Below, one piece after another: positions 1 to 8,786 of a stretch of 57,456 nucleotides of DNA. Under the pieces are notes generated by a model that saw only the letters and a program-made list of their open reading frames with translations, had not been told where the DNA came from and searched no databases. The position numbers and the translations under genes were made by a program. The stretch comes from a virus. Lineage: Duplodnaviria > Caudoviricetes. The first letter of the stretch is position 1; each line of letters opens with the position of its first letter. The stretch covers positions 1 to 57,456 of the IMG/VR virus record IMGVR_UViG_3300036823_000129; one strand, written 5' to 3'.

Positions 1-235
1 AAGGTCGGGACTGCCTCACGCCGCGCGAGCGGCCCCGAGAGGCCAGCCCACCGTAGCGAATAGCCGTCGAAAGCCTCCCGGAGTCCAGACAGGCTGTCCA
101 GAAAACCCCGATCTTGCAGGGATTTCTGCCGGATTTAGAGTTAATCTCTAAACGCGGATAGGTGTCGGAAATCAGTCTTCTTGCCGACTATGCGCGGGGT
201 TCCGTGGCGGGCTGAAATGACCGACTGCTATCCGC
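1..235. repeat. Direct repeat block A, copy 1 (partner 56339-56573)
   Basis: Bases 1-188 match 56339-56526 with 2 mismatches. A diverged spacer of identical length follows, then an identical CCGACTGCTATCCGC. Confidence 0.97.
134..235. promoter_or_regulatory. Candidate recombinase binding/crossover site (palindrome plus inverted boxes)
   Basis: TTTAGAG-TTAAT-CTCTAAA at 134-152. GCGGATAG-gt-GTCGG at 154-168 is inverted to CCGAC-tg-CTATCCGC at 221-235. The same arrangement lies just upstream of the short tyrosine recombinase in copy 2. Confidence 0.55.
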
Positions 236-449
236 ACGAAAGAGGGCGCTCGGGCTCGGGCGACATGAGCCACACCTGGACGACTGGGTACAGGTTGTCG
301 AAACCAGGGCCAGATCGGTGACCGGCCTTCGTATCGATGATCTGCTCGTCGTCGGCGACGTCGATCACCACCGAGTCCCAGGTCATTCCGTAGCCCTGAG
401 GGAATCCCTCGGTGCCGACGAACTCGACCATCCTGACGCGGTACTTCAT
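228..449 (-). CDS. Small hypothetical protein (cargo gene 2 of module copy 1)
   Basis: ATG at 449 overlaps the upstream TGA (MKYRVRMVEF...). The TAG stop lies inside the CTATCCGC box. Confidence 0.7.
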   Translation of the reverse strand: MKYRVRMVEFVGTEGFPQGYGMTWDSVVIDVADDEQIIDTKAGHRSGPGFDNLYPVVQVWLMSPEPERPLSCG

Positions 450-616
450 GCGGCGGAGTCGTCGTCTTCGGAGATCGCTTCGGCACGGATCACGCGCCAA
501 CCCTCCCGTTCGATCTGGGCCTTCGCGGCTTCGATCGATTCGGCCTCGCGGACGGTCACGAGCCACGCTCCATCTAGTTCGCCGCCGACCTTGTCGATCG
601 TAAGCAGGACTCGCAC
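446..616 (-). CDS. 56-aa hypothetical protein (cargo gene 1 of module copy 1)
   Basis: Read by hand: VRVLLTIDKVGGELDGAWLVTVRE...DDDSAA*, with an ATGA overlap to the next gene. Confidence 0.6.
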   Translation of the reverse strand: MRVLLTIDKVGGELDGAWLVTVREAESIEAAKAQIEREGWRVIRAEAISEDDDSAA

Positions 617-626
617 AGCTATCGCT

Positions 627-845
627 TCACGCTGGCGCGGCGCCGAGCTCGTCCCGTCCGATCGGGCCGTGATGGCTGAAGACCCTCGTGATTTCGCCGT
701 CGCGGAGCTCGAACTCGATCCGCCAGTTCCCGTCGGCTGACTGGCCGCCCGTGATGAATCTCGCGACCTCGCTCATCAGGCTCCGGACGAGCGTGTTCAG
801 TGCCGCAGGGTCATGCTCGCGATCGGCCGCATCCATCGCTTGCAC
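627..845 (-). CDS. Conserved 72-aa hypothetical protein, copy 1
   Basis: Nearly identical protein at 57068-57283 with clustered synonymous changes, which supports coding status. Confidence 0.85.
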   Translation of the reverse strand: MQAMDAADREHDPAALNTLVRSLMSEVARFITGGQSADGNWRIEFELRDGEITRVFSHHGPIGRDELGAAPA

Positions 846-885
846 ATTGTGCAGGACACTACGGCTACTTGCAGATTTTTAGAGC
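643..885. repeat. Direct repeat block B, copy 1 (partner 57081-57323)
   Basis: High identity at offset 56438. Homology ends right after TTTAGAGC. Includes the palindrome TGCACA-T-TGTGCA (841-853) over the start codon. Confidence 0.97.
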
Positions 886-1265
886 TTCACCGTCGGCTTC
901 CACGGTGACTTCGGAGCGAACGTGACGGTCGCGGCACCCGAGCTCCCGTCGGTGCTCGCCATCCGCCAGGTGCACCGGTACCGCAAGAAACCCGCGAACC
1001 CCCGGCACGTGATCACCGCGTCCCAGTTCGCACTCTTCCCACCCGACATCCGGATCCGGAGCGCCATCGCCGCCGCGGTCTTCCCACACACCGACGCGCT
1101 ATGAGCAGCGCACGCCCTCGGGTCGACGGTCATTCCGTGACAGAACCCAGCCGCAACCGTGCCGGGAAGACACGACGCCGACGATGTTGTCGGAGGCGCC
1201 GCGGCAGCGATCGCCGGCACAATCAGGGCGATCAGCAGAGCGCAAAGCGTGATCGAGCGCTTCAT
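879..1265 (-). CDS. Secreted Cys-rich protein downstream of the repressor
   Basis: GGAGG RBS, signal-peptide-like MKRSITLCALLIALIVPAIAAA, several cysteines. Confidence 0.75.
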   Translation of the reverse strand: MKRSITLCALLIALIVPAIAAAAPPTTSSASCLPGTVAAGFCHGMTVDPRACAAHSASVCGKTAAAMALRIRMSGGKSANWDAVITCRGFAGFLRYRCTWRMASTDGSSGAATVTFAPKSPWKPTVKL

Positions 1266-1345
1266 TCCCCCTCCTTTGTGGACAGTTGCGAGGTCATGCT
1301 CAGCGTGAAAGACTCGCCATGCCAATTGTTGGGGAACGGGAGGCG

Positions 1346-1522
1346 ATGGACGATGCAACGCTTGCGGCGCTGATCGAATTGCTCGCTGCGGTGCGCGCTG
1401 CCGTCACTGTCCTTGGGCGCGTCGAGTTTGCCCTTGCTCTCCTAGTGGGTGAGTCTGATCAAGTGCCTTCTCGCCCTCGTGCCTCGCGGCATTTACGGCT
1501 AATTCCAACTCCTCCGCAGTGA
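1346..1522 (+). CDS. Possible small protein overlapping the repressor 3' end in antisense
   Basis: GGGAGG RBS before the ATG; MDDATLAALIELL...RHLRLIP. Confidence 0.35.
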   Translation: MDDATLAALIELLAAVRAAVTVLGRVEFALALLVGESDQVPSRPRASRHLRLIPTPPQ

Positions 1523-1850
1523 CGGTCGATGCGCGTCTCTCTTGTGCGTTCACCAGTTCGGCGAGAACATCCTCGATGTCATCCAGCCGATCATGGACAG
1601 CGCGAAGATCGATCTTTTGGGATGCTGGCAGAGTTGCCCGCGGGACGCCCATGATCTTCGCGATCAGTTTCGCGTGCTCTTCGCGGATGCGTTCCCGCTG
1701 AAGGTATTTGCGCCAGGACTCGCGGTCCTTCTCAGGTGCCTGATCGGCTAAAGCCTTGGCGAGTGCGCGAATGCTGTCGGGCTTCCCCGGGCTCGCATCC
1801 TGAAACAGACGAGCGAGCGCCGTTGACCAGTTGATCTTCTCCCGTGCCAC
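1404..1850 (-). CDS. Putative immunity repressor (HTH-like N-terminus, coiled-coil C-terminus)
   Basis: Divergent from the Cro-like gene; helical SIRALAKAL...AKLIAKIMGV pattern. The GTG start at 1850 is inferred. Confidence 0.6.
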   Translation of the reverse strand: MAREKINWSTALARLFQDASPGKPDSIRALAKALADQAPEKDRESWRKYLQRERIREEHAKLIAKIMGVPRATLPASQKIDLRAVHDRLDDIEDVLAELVNAQERRASTVTAEELELAVNAARHEGEKALDQTHPLGEQGQTRRAQGQ

Positions 1851-1945
1851 AGGGGCAGAGTTTCCCGACGAATAGGGAGATTCCGAAAGGTGACAGAAGT
1901 ATTTGGCCCCGGGGTCTTGCTTTTCTGTCCCAGGGGTGGTAGTTT
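1845..1945. promoter_or_regulatory. Genetic switch: rightward promoter and three candidate operators
   Basis: TTGCTT (1917-1922), 17 bp spacer, TAGTTT (1940-1945), 8 nt before the ATG (leaderless). Related 13-mers TGCCACAGGGGCA (1845), TGGCCCCGGGGTC (1904) and TGTCCCAGGGGTG (1926). Confidence 0.65.
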
Positions 1946-1953
1946 GCCGCCCC

Positions 1954-2196
1954 ATGGCAACCGGAACGCGCGAGACGTACGCCGAATGGCTCGAAAAGCA
2001 GATGCAAGAGCGGGGATTGAGTCGCCGAGCGCTTGCCAAGATCTGGCGTCCGGACGACATCGAGTCGGCACGTAGATCGATCCGTCGTTATCTCGGTGGG
2101 ATGTTTCCTCAGGAGCGTGTTCGGCGCGAGATCGCCGATGCTCTTGGGGTCGCCGAGCTCGGTCCGGCTGGCGCTGACGATGCGGAGGAGGACTGA
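1954..2196 (+). CDS. Cro-like XRE helix-turn-helix protein
   Basis: WLEKQMQERGLSRRALAK...IRRYLGG..P...IADALGV is an XRE-type pattern; first gene of the rightward arm. Confidence 0.8.
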   Translation: MATGTRETYAEWLEKQMQERGLSRRALAKIWRPDDIESARRSIRRYLGGMFPQERVRREIADALGVAELGPAGADDAEED

Positions 2197-2394
2197 CATG
2201 TTGTCCGTCCTCGAAGATCGCGTTGCCGAGATAGCTGGTCTCCTCAGTGCTCTTCGTGAGGAGCGTGCTTTGTCGTGACGTCCCTCGGGCTCCGCCTCCA
2301 CGTTCGTCGGCGCCGTTCGCTCGCTGAACGGATCGGCGCGTACCGGGTCCGCTGGCCGCTTCGGCCGTTCCCCGGGAAACGGATCTAGCCAGCG

Positions 2395-2607
2395 ATGGCC
2401 CCGGTCTCGCACCATGCAGCGCCAGCTCCTTTGTTCGTGGTCGGCGACCGCGTGCGCCATATCGACGCCAACCTCACCGGGACAGTCGACATGGTCACCC
2501 CGGAGTGGGTGCGCGTGAACTGGGATCACCTCGGACTCGCATACGCGCAGCTCGGCCAGATGTGCGACTACAGGAAGAGCAGCGAGTTGGAGCACGTCGC
2601 GGAATGA
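2395..2607 (+). CDS. Small SH3-like hypothetical protein
   Basis: FVVGDRVRH...GTV...VRVNWD pattern; coupled to the next gene. Confidence 0.6.
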   Translation: MAPVSHHAAPAPLFVVGDRVRHIDANLTGTVDMVTPEWVRVNWDHLGLAYAQLGQMCDYRKSSELEHVAE

Positions 2608-3068
2608 GCCAGTGCGATGCCATCCTTGCCGTGCTCGCCGACGGTCGCCCGCACGCCTACCGCGAGATCCATGACCGCGTCGGTTTCTGCCGCCTGAACA
2701 GCCGCGTCGCAGAGCTCCGCGCTCGCGGACACCGGATCGAGTGCAACAAGACCGGCGGCGACTTCGTATACCAGCTCCAGGCCGGGGAGGTGAGCGAGCT
2801 CGAGCGCGTAGCGGAACCCATCGTCACCGGCCTGCCGGTCGCAGGGACAGACCTCGGCGCAACCGGGCAACCCGGCTCGGGCTCGCTGACCTCCACGCTC
2901 GTCGAGCCGTTGGACGAGACCGATCCTTCCGGGCGCGTTCTCGATAACGCTCCTCTGGGGTCGGTCTCGTCGAGCGGCGGCGAAACCGACGACTGGGGCC
3001 GGACGGACGGCGCCGCTCAACTCTCGCTTCTCCCGGATCCCGTCCGTCGTGAGAGGTGGGCAGCTTGA
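2604..3068 (+). CDS. Winged-helix DNA-binding protein with a disordered tail
   Basis: MSQCDAILAVL...RLNSRVAELRARGHRIE...YQL. Confidence 0.7.
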   Translation: MSQCDAILAVLADGRPHAYREIHDRVGFCRLNSRVAELRARGHRIECNKTGGDFVYQLQAGEVSELERVAEPIVTGLPVAGTDLGATGQPGSGSLTSTLVEPLDETDPSGRVLDNAPLGSVSSSGGETDDWGRTDGAAQLSLLPDPVRRERWAA

Positions 3069-3316
3069 TCGTCGTTGTCGCTTCGGAGATCTCCACGCGC
3101 GACGAGCAGCTCCTCGCGAGCCCCGACGGGCAGGCCACGCTCGCCCGGATCGACGATGCGGTCGGTGAGTTCTTCGCTGCCGGCGTCGACCGCGACAAGC
3201 ACGTCCGCCAAATCACCCTGATCTGCCTGAACGGCAGGAACCAGAACAAACGACCGGCCCCAACAGCACCCACCTCGCCAGAGATCGAAGCTGTCAGGGC
3301 CAGACAGGAGCAATGA
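3056..3316 (+). CDS. Hypothetical protein
   Basis: ORF fills the operon gap with overlapping junctions; start uncertain (TTG at 3065 is possible). Confidence 0.5.
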   Translation: MGSLIVVVASEISTRDEQLLASPDGQATLARIDDAVGEFFAAGVDRDKHVRQITLICLNGRNQNKRPAPTAPTSPEIEAVRARQEQ

Positions 3317-3488
3317 TGCCACGCCGTAACGCTGACGGCCGCAAGCCGCAGCTCCCCAAGGCCGCCTCAACCCACGTGAGGACACCCTCGCGCAGGGCGC
3401 ACACCTACGCCGGGCTTCGGGCGCAGGCGGAGCGGTACTACGCCGACCAGGCGTTCCGTGAAGCGATGCCGTGGTCGGAGCTGCCGGC

Positions 3489-4736
3489 ATGAGGGTCATC
3501 ACTCTCACCGCCGAGAACGTCAAGCGGCTCAAGGCAGTCGAGATCACGCCCGACGGGAACGTCGTCGTGATCGCCGGCCGGAACGCCCAGGGGAAGAGCT
3601 CAGTCCTCGACGCGCTCTGGATGACCCTCGCCGGCGCCGGAGGCTCGAAAGACACGAGCAAGCCGATCCGTGAAGGACAGGAGAAGGCGGTCGCGACGGT
3701 CGACCTCGGGGACATCAAGGTCACACGCCGCTGGAGCGCCTCCGGCACCACACTCGAGGTCGCGTCGAAGGACGGTGCGAAGTACCCGTCGCCGCAGACG
3801 ATGCTCGACAGCCTGATCGGACGGCTCTCGTTCGACCCGCTCGAGTTCGCGCAGCAGGACTCGAGAGCCCAGCTCGCGACGCTGCTCAGCGTGGTGGAGC
3901 TGCCGTTCGTGCCGGCCGAGCTCGACGAGCGTCGGCGTGCTGCGTTCGATCGCCGCACCGAGGTGAACCGGACAGCGAAGCAGCTCGCCGCGCAGATCAC
4001 CGGGCTCGGCCAGGTGCCCGACGAGACCCCGGAGGAGGAGATCTCTGCGGGCGCGCTCCTCGAAGAGCTCGAAGCGGCACGGGACTCGAACGAGACGCGC
4101 CGTCAGGCACAGGAGGACGTAACCGACCGGAAGAGCCAGGTCGAGCTCGCCGAGGCCGAACTGCACCGGGCACAGCGCTCGCTCGCCGAGGCGAAGACGA
4201 GGTTCGAGAGCGCGCAGGAGCGCCTGGAGAAGGCGCCGGCGTTCATCGACACGGCCCCGATCGTCCAGCGGATGGAGCAGCGCGACGAGGTCAACCGGAA
4301 CGTCCGGATCCTCACGACCCGCCGCGAGCTCGAGACCACCCACAAGGCCGCCGAGCAGACCGCGGCGAAGCTGACCGGGGAGCTCGAGAAGATCGACCGG
4401 GAGAAGGCCGACGGGCTCGCCGCCGCGAACATGCCGCTCGAAGGGCTGTCGTTCGACGAGACCGGCGTGCTCTACCACGGCGTGCCGTTCAGCCAGGCAT
4501 CCGCGGCGGAGCGGCTCCGTGTCGGGATCGCGATCGCGATGGCCGTGAACCCGAAGATCCGGGTGATCCGGATCACGGACGGGTCGCTCCTCGACTCAGA
4601 AAATCTCCGGTTGATCGAGGAGATGTGCGACGAGCACGACTTCCAGTGTTGGCTGGAAAAAGTCGACGAGACCGGGACCGTGGGCGTGGTCATCGAAGAC
4701 GGCCAAGTCGTTCAGACCGAGAGCGAGGCGGCGTGA
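3489..4736 (+). CDS. SbcC/RecN-like AAA ATPase with coiled coil
   Basis: Walker A GRNAQGKSS, long coiled coil, signature-like ASAAE, ITDGSLLD. Confidence 0.85.
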   Translation: MRVITLTAENVKRLKAVEITPDGNVVVIAGRNAQGKSSVLDALWMTLAGAGGSKDTSKPIREGQEKAVATVDLGDIKVTRRWSASGTTLEVASKDGAKYPSPQTMLDSLIGRLSFDPLEFAQQDSRAQLATLLSVVELPFVPAELDERRRAAFDRRTEVNRTAKQLAAQITGLGQVPDETPEEEISAGALLEELEAARDSNETRRQAQEDVTDRKSQVELAEAELHRAQRSLAEAKTRFESAQERLEKAPAFIDTAPIVQRMEQRDEVNRNVRILTTRRELETTHKAAEQTAAKLTGELEKIDREKADGLAAANMPLEGLSFDETGVLYHGVPFSQASAAERLRVGIAIAMAVNPKIRVIRITDGSLLDSENLRLIEEMCDEHDFQCWLEKVDETGTVGVVIEDGQVVQTESEAA

Positions 4737-5074
4737 CCTTCTCGTTCTTCCTCAAGGAGGTTCTTCCCGAGGCGGTCGCGCTCGCGGTCTTCCTGATGGT
4801 CATCCGCCGGCAGATCCGGCTCGACAAGCTCGCGAAGCGTCGCGCCGACCTGCACCGGAAACGGCAGATCTACAAGGACGCCCGGCGCACCCAGGACATC
4901 GCGTGGGAGAACGAGCTCCGCCGGGCCCGCGCGCACGCCGCCATCGCGGACGTTCAGGGGCTCGAGCTCGCCGACATCCTCCGCACCGGCAGCACCGGTC
5001 TCGGCCGTGAGGTCGGCGATGCGATGCTTCCCGCGACCGTCGGCGTTCCGGTTACGAGAGGCGGTGCGGCGTGA
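4733..5074 (+). CDS. Hypothetical membrane-anchored protein
   Basis: GTGA-coupled on both sides; N-terminal hydrophobic stretch. Confidence 0.55.
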   Translation: MTFSFFLKEVLPEAVALAVFLMVIRRQIRLDKLAKRRADLHRKRQIYKDARRTQDIAWENELRRARAHAAIADVQGLELADILRTGSTGLGREVGDAMLPATVGVPVTRGGAA

Positions 5075-5382
5075 CCGTCGTCGCGCCTGTCCGGAGCCGC
5101 GAGCAGCAGCTGTCCGCATTGCGCCGCGCGAACGAGATCCGCGTGAAGCGGTCCGCGCTGAAGCGGTCACTGACCTGCCGTGGCGACGCGATCGCGGTGC
5201 TGATCAACCCGCCTGAGTACGCCGCAACGATGAAGGTCAAGGATCTTCTCGTCGCGATACCGACAGTTGGGAGCGTGAAGGCGACCCGGATCATGAACCA
5301 CGTCCGGATCAGCTACGGCAAGACGGTCGGCGGGATGAGCGCGCGGCAGCGCGGCGAGCTCGCCCGGGAGCTCGGTCAGTGA
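5071..5382 (+). CDS. mihF: Actinobacterial-type integration host factor homolog
   Basis: ALRRANEIRVKRSALK...MKVKDLL.AIP.VG.VKA..IM....I...KTVGGMSARQR matches the mIHF H2TH pattern. Confidence 0.85.
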   Translation: MTVVAPVRSREQQLSALRRANEIRVKRSALKRSLTCRGDAIAVLINPPEYAATMKVKDLLVAIPTVGSVKATRIMNHVRISYGKTVGGMSARQRGELARELGQ

Positions 5383-5729
5383 TGCCGGGCGACTGGTTCG
5401 ACATTTACCATGTTCGCTCGTCGAAGAACCTCGCGCGGATGCTCGAGGGCGAGGTCGTGGCCCTGACCGGTACCGACGAACGGATCCATGACGCCGACCT
5501 GCACGTCGAGAAAGTCCTCACCGTCGCGGTCGGGATCGACTCCTCCGGCATGTTCGCGTCGATCGAGGTCGAGGGCTCGATCGGGCCGTACCTGCCTGGC
5601 GCGAACGAGTGGTCGCGGTGGAACCTCCACGCGAATGGCACCGTCACCGACCACAACGACCAGTTCATCGGGTGGCACGCGCTGAAGTCGATGCCCGGCC
5701 GTGACCTCGTCGAGGGGATCCGGTCGTGA
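5379..5729 (+). CDS. Hypothetical protein
   Basis: Overlap-coupled on both sides. Confidence 0.6.
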   Translation: MMPGDWFDIYHVRSSKNLARMLEGEVVALTGTDERIHDADLHVEKVLTVAVGIDSSGMFASIEVEGSIGPYLPGANEWSRWNLHANGTVTDHNDQFIGWHALKSMPGRDLVEGIRS

Positions 5730-6898
5730 GCACCGACCTCGTGAAGAGCGACGGACGGGGCGGCGCAACGCGTCCCCCGATCGGACTGCTGCTCTCGATC
5801 GGTGACACGACCACCAGTCGTGGCGGCAAGGAGATCCCCACCAGGATCGACTACTTCCGCCCGAAGGAGGGGCAGCTCACGCAATACGCGGCCGCCGTCG
5901 CCAAATTCAATGATGTCTACGGGCCCGAGCCGAAGCAGCTCGACGATGTCTACTTCCTCTCGAACAACATCGGCGACATCCTCACCATCCGGCTGATGGC
6001 GTGGGGGAGCTCCGGGCCGCGGCTCGTGGGCGACACGAACTTCGCGACGCTCCCGCCGGACGAGTGGGAGGAACGCGCCAACGCGTTCGACGACGACATC
6101 ACCTACTACCCGCTCTCGCCGGCCGACGTTAAGCCCGAGATCCGCGACACATGGAACGGCGAGCCGATCCGGGGGCGCCTGAGCGGCCCGAAAGATCCGA
6201 GCATCAAGAAGCTCGCGATCAACATCGAGTGCACCCTGAACTTCTGCCTCCCCGAGGTGATGGGGTTCGGCACCGTCGCGCAGATCACGACGAAGGGGCG
6301 CCGCTCGACCCGGAACCTCGTCTCCGCGATCAACAACCAGCACCAGGCGTTCCACGGTCAGCTCGTCGGGATCCCGTTCCGTCTCTCGAACCGTCCCGCT
6401 CGCGGCCGGCATTTCGACCCGAAGGACAGGACGTACAAGATGACGACGTTCCCCGAGATCGTGCTCGACACGCCGTTCACGCAGCGGGAGCTGCTCGACG
6501 CGATCCGGGAGCGCCGCGAAGCGCTCGGCGTCGGGATCGAGCAGCCCGCATTGGGCTCCGCGGAGGGTCGTGCGTTTACCGAGGCGCTCGCGCTCCCGGC
6601 CGGCGCCGCGACCGACGGTGAGGATGTACAGCTGCGCGATGAGCCGTCGGCGGTCGACCGTGTCGACGATGCCTTGCTGAACCGGATCGCACAGCTGCAG
6701 GAGCAGGTCGGCGACGGCGCGATGATCACGCTGCGCGGCGTGTTCGGTGTCGAGGATCCCCGCGAGCTCGACCCGGCCGCTGCCGCTCAGTACGAGCAGA
6801 TCCTGACGAGGTCGATCGAGGCTGAGCCGGTCGAGGACGCCGAGATCGTCGATGACGACGACGACACCGGGATCGTGTTCGGGGAGCCGCGCGCATGA
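5726..6898 (+). CDS. Gp3-like / recombination-directionality-factor-like protein, possibly an annealase
   Basis: IDYFRP motif, L.F.LPEV.G.G......T.G..S..NL, GIPFRL; lies next to an exonuclease. Confidence 0.65.
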   Translation: MSTDLVKSDGRGGATRPPIGLLLSIGDTTTSRGGKEIPTRIDYFRPKEGQLTQYAAAVAKFNDVYGPEPKQLDDVYFLSNNIGDILTIRLMAWGSSGPRLVGDTNFATLPPDEWEERANAFDDDITYYPLSPADVKPEIRDTWNGEPIRGRLSGPKDPSIKKLAINIECTLNFCLPEVMGFGTVAQITTKGRRSTRNLVSAINNQHQAFHGQLVGIPFRLSNRPARGRHFDPKDRTYKMTTFPEIVLDTPFTQRELLDAIRERREALGVGIEQPALGSAEGRAFTEALALPAGAATDGEDVQLRDEPSAVDRVDDALLNRIAQLQEQVGDGAMITLRGVFGVEDPRELDPAAAAQYEQILTRSIEAEPVEDAEIVDDDDDTGIVFGEPRA

Positions 6899-7386
6899 GC
6901 GCCACTGCCGAGCAGTTCCGGTTCCGTGGCGCACCGCCGCTCGCACGGCTTGCTGCGCACGTCATCTTCCTCCCGAATGGCTGCTGGGGATGGACGGCGA
7001 GTCTCAAGGCCAGCGGTTACGGAAGCTTCTGGCTCAACGGCAAATGCGTCCTCGCTCACTGTGCGAGCTATCAGCTTCTCGTCGGACCAATCCCAACGGG
7101 ATTCGAACTCGACCACCTCTGCCACACGAACGACCCTGTCTGCATGGGCGGCATCGAGTGCCCCCATCGCCGCTGCGTCAACCCGGCACATCTCGAGCCG
7201 GTCACGCATCTCGAGAACGTCCTCCGCGGAGAGAGCGTCATGGCCGCGCGCGCAGCTCAGACGCACTGCATCCACGGGCACGAACTCACTGAGGAGAACG
7301 TCTATCTGAAGAAGAACGGAAACCGTGAATGCCGGGCGTGCTGGCCTCGGCACCGGGCTGAGCGCCGGGCAATGGCGGCGGCATGA
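6895..7386 (+). CDS. HNH homing endonuclease
   Basis: CWGW...GYG...AH...ELDHLC...CVNPAHLEPVT..EN, then THCIHGH...RECRAC. Confidence 0.9.
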   Translation: MSATAEQFRFRGAPPLARLAAHVIFLPNGCWGWTASLKASGYGSFWLNGKCVLAHCASYQLLVGPIPTGFELDHLCHTNDPVCMGGIECPHRRCVNPAHLEPVTHLENVLRGESVMAARAAQTHCIHGHELTEENVYLKKNGNRECRACWPRHRAERRAMAAA

Positions 7387-8396
7387 CGGCGATCGTGGAC
7401 GAGAAGCGCCGTCTGCGCGGTGCGACGAGATGGTCGATGGCGGCACGCTGCTCAAGAATGGCTTCGTACGGCCTGTTGGGCGAGACGCCCGAGGAGCCGA
7501 CCGAGCGGACGAAACTCCTGTGGATCCGAGGCAAGCTCGACGAGGGCTGGTTCATCGACCACATCCTCGCTCCGCGTGTCGGCGGCGAGAACGTCACCCG
7601 GGAGAAGGCCGTGCCGTGGCCTGTCGACCAGCTCCCCGTCGGCGAGCTCCACGAGGACGCGTTCGTCTCGACGGAGGGGATGCCGTACGAGATCAAGTCC
7701 CACGCCGACGGCTCTCTGATGGACAGCGACTACCTGCAGCTGAAGGGCGCGCTCCACTACGACCAGGACGTCGTCGCCCCGGCCGGGAAGCCGAAGGTCG
7801 GGGCGCTCGTCGTCATCGACCGCGACCTCCAGTGGCAAGCGATCCCGGTGTACCTCACCGACGACGCGATTGAGGAGGTTGAGCAGCGCGCCGCCGACGT
7901 GATCCGTGCCGGCAAGACCGGTGAGCTCCCCGACCGTGTCTGTGAGAAGCCCGGTGACGCGCGCGGGCATCTGTGCCCGTTCGCGGAGAAGTGCTTCGCT
8001 GGATGGTCACCGCCCGATCCCGTTCACTTGGACGGGGACATCGGGCTGCTCGCGATCGAGCTGATGCACGCGCAGACCGCCGAGCGGGCGAAGCGGAAAG
8101 AGGCTGCGGCGATCGAGGAGGAGCGGAAGGCGATCGCGGAGCGGCTCGCCGAGTGGAACCTCGTGCCGGGACTGGAGTACCGCGGCGCCGGCGTGCGGTT
8201 GAAGCGGACGAAGGTCGACGACAGCGAGAAGGTCAGTCTGTCGCAGCTGAAGAAGGCCGGTGCGTTCACGCCGGAGCTCGAGGTTGCGTTGCGGCCGTTC
8301 ATCAACGCGTCGGGCGGCCACGACCGGTGGTCGGTCAAGCCGGACGCTGACGCTGGGCTGACCGCGGATGACTTCGGTGAAGAGGCGCCGTTCTGA
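7383..8396 (+). CDS. PD-(D/E)XK / Cas4-like exonuclease
   Basis: HED...YEIKS...YLQL..., a Cys cluster (CSR...VC...LCPFAEKC) and an acidic tail ending in PF. Confidence 0.8.
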   Translation: MTAIVDEKRRLRGATRWSMAARCSRMASYGLLGETPEEPTERTKLLWIRGKLDEGWFIDHILAPRVGGENVTREKAVPWPVDQLPVGELHEDAFVSTEGMPYEIKSHADGSLMDSDYLQLKGALHYDQDVVAPAGKPKVGALVVIDRDLQWQAIPVYLTDDAIEEVEQRAADVIRAGKTGELPDRVCEKPGDARGHLCPFAEKCFAGWSPPDPVHLDGDIGLLAIELMHAQTAERAKRKEAAAIEEERKAIAERLAEWNLVPGLEYRGAGVRLKRTKVDDSEKVSLSQLKKAGAFTPELEVALRPFINASGGHDRWSVKPDADAGLTADDFGEEAPF

Positions 8397-8668
8397 TGGC
8401 GGCCGTCGCTGTCCGGTTCCTCTACACCGAGCTCGCCGCGGAGATCGACCTTCCTGCCGCCGACACGGTGGAGGAGCAGATCACGCATTTGCAGGAGCGG
8501 CGGGCGTTCCAGCTCGAGACGCTGTCGGCGCGTGATCCTCAGGAGCTGCCGTCGGCGAGTCTGCTTCGGCTTCGTGCGACGCGGTGGGATGAGGTGTCGA
8601 AGTGCGAGGCGGCGTTGACGATGCTGGGCGCGCCGTTCGAGTCGCCTGTGGAAGAGGGACCGTCGTGA
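8396..8668 (+). CDS. Hypothetical protein
   Basis: TGATG coupling with the upstream gene. Confidence 0.55.
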   Translation: MAAVAVRFLYTELAAEIDLPAADTVEEQITHLQERRAFQLETLSARDPQELPSASLLRLRATRWDEVSKCEAALTMLGAPFESPVEEGPS

Positions 8669-8786
8669 TCTGGGTGCTCGTCGGGTGCTTCGCCGCGGTG
8701 GTTGCGGTGGCGTATGTCGTGGCGGCCGTGAACAGTCGGATCTACCGGGCTCGCTCGCGCCGGTTCTTTGAAAGGGCCGGACGCTG

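Noticed and set aside
154-235. Canonical integron attC with IntI
   Set aside because: No RYYYAAC/GTTRRRY cores at the box ends, and the recombinase is too short for IntI; only the analogy is kept.
1-885. Simple terminal redundancy or circular assembly overlap
   Set aside because: The two copies differ by synonymous substitutions and unrelated cargo, so they are not an exact overlap.
7383-8396. Cas4-like protein as a sign of CRISPR-Cas
   Set aside because: No repeat-spacer array or other cas genes; solo Cas4-like exonucleases are usual in phage recombination modules.
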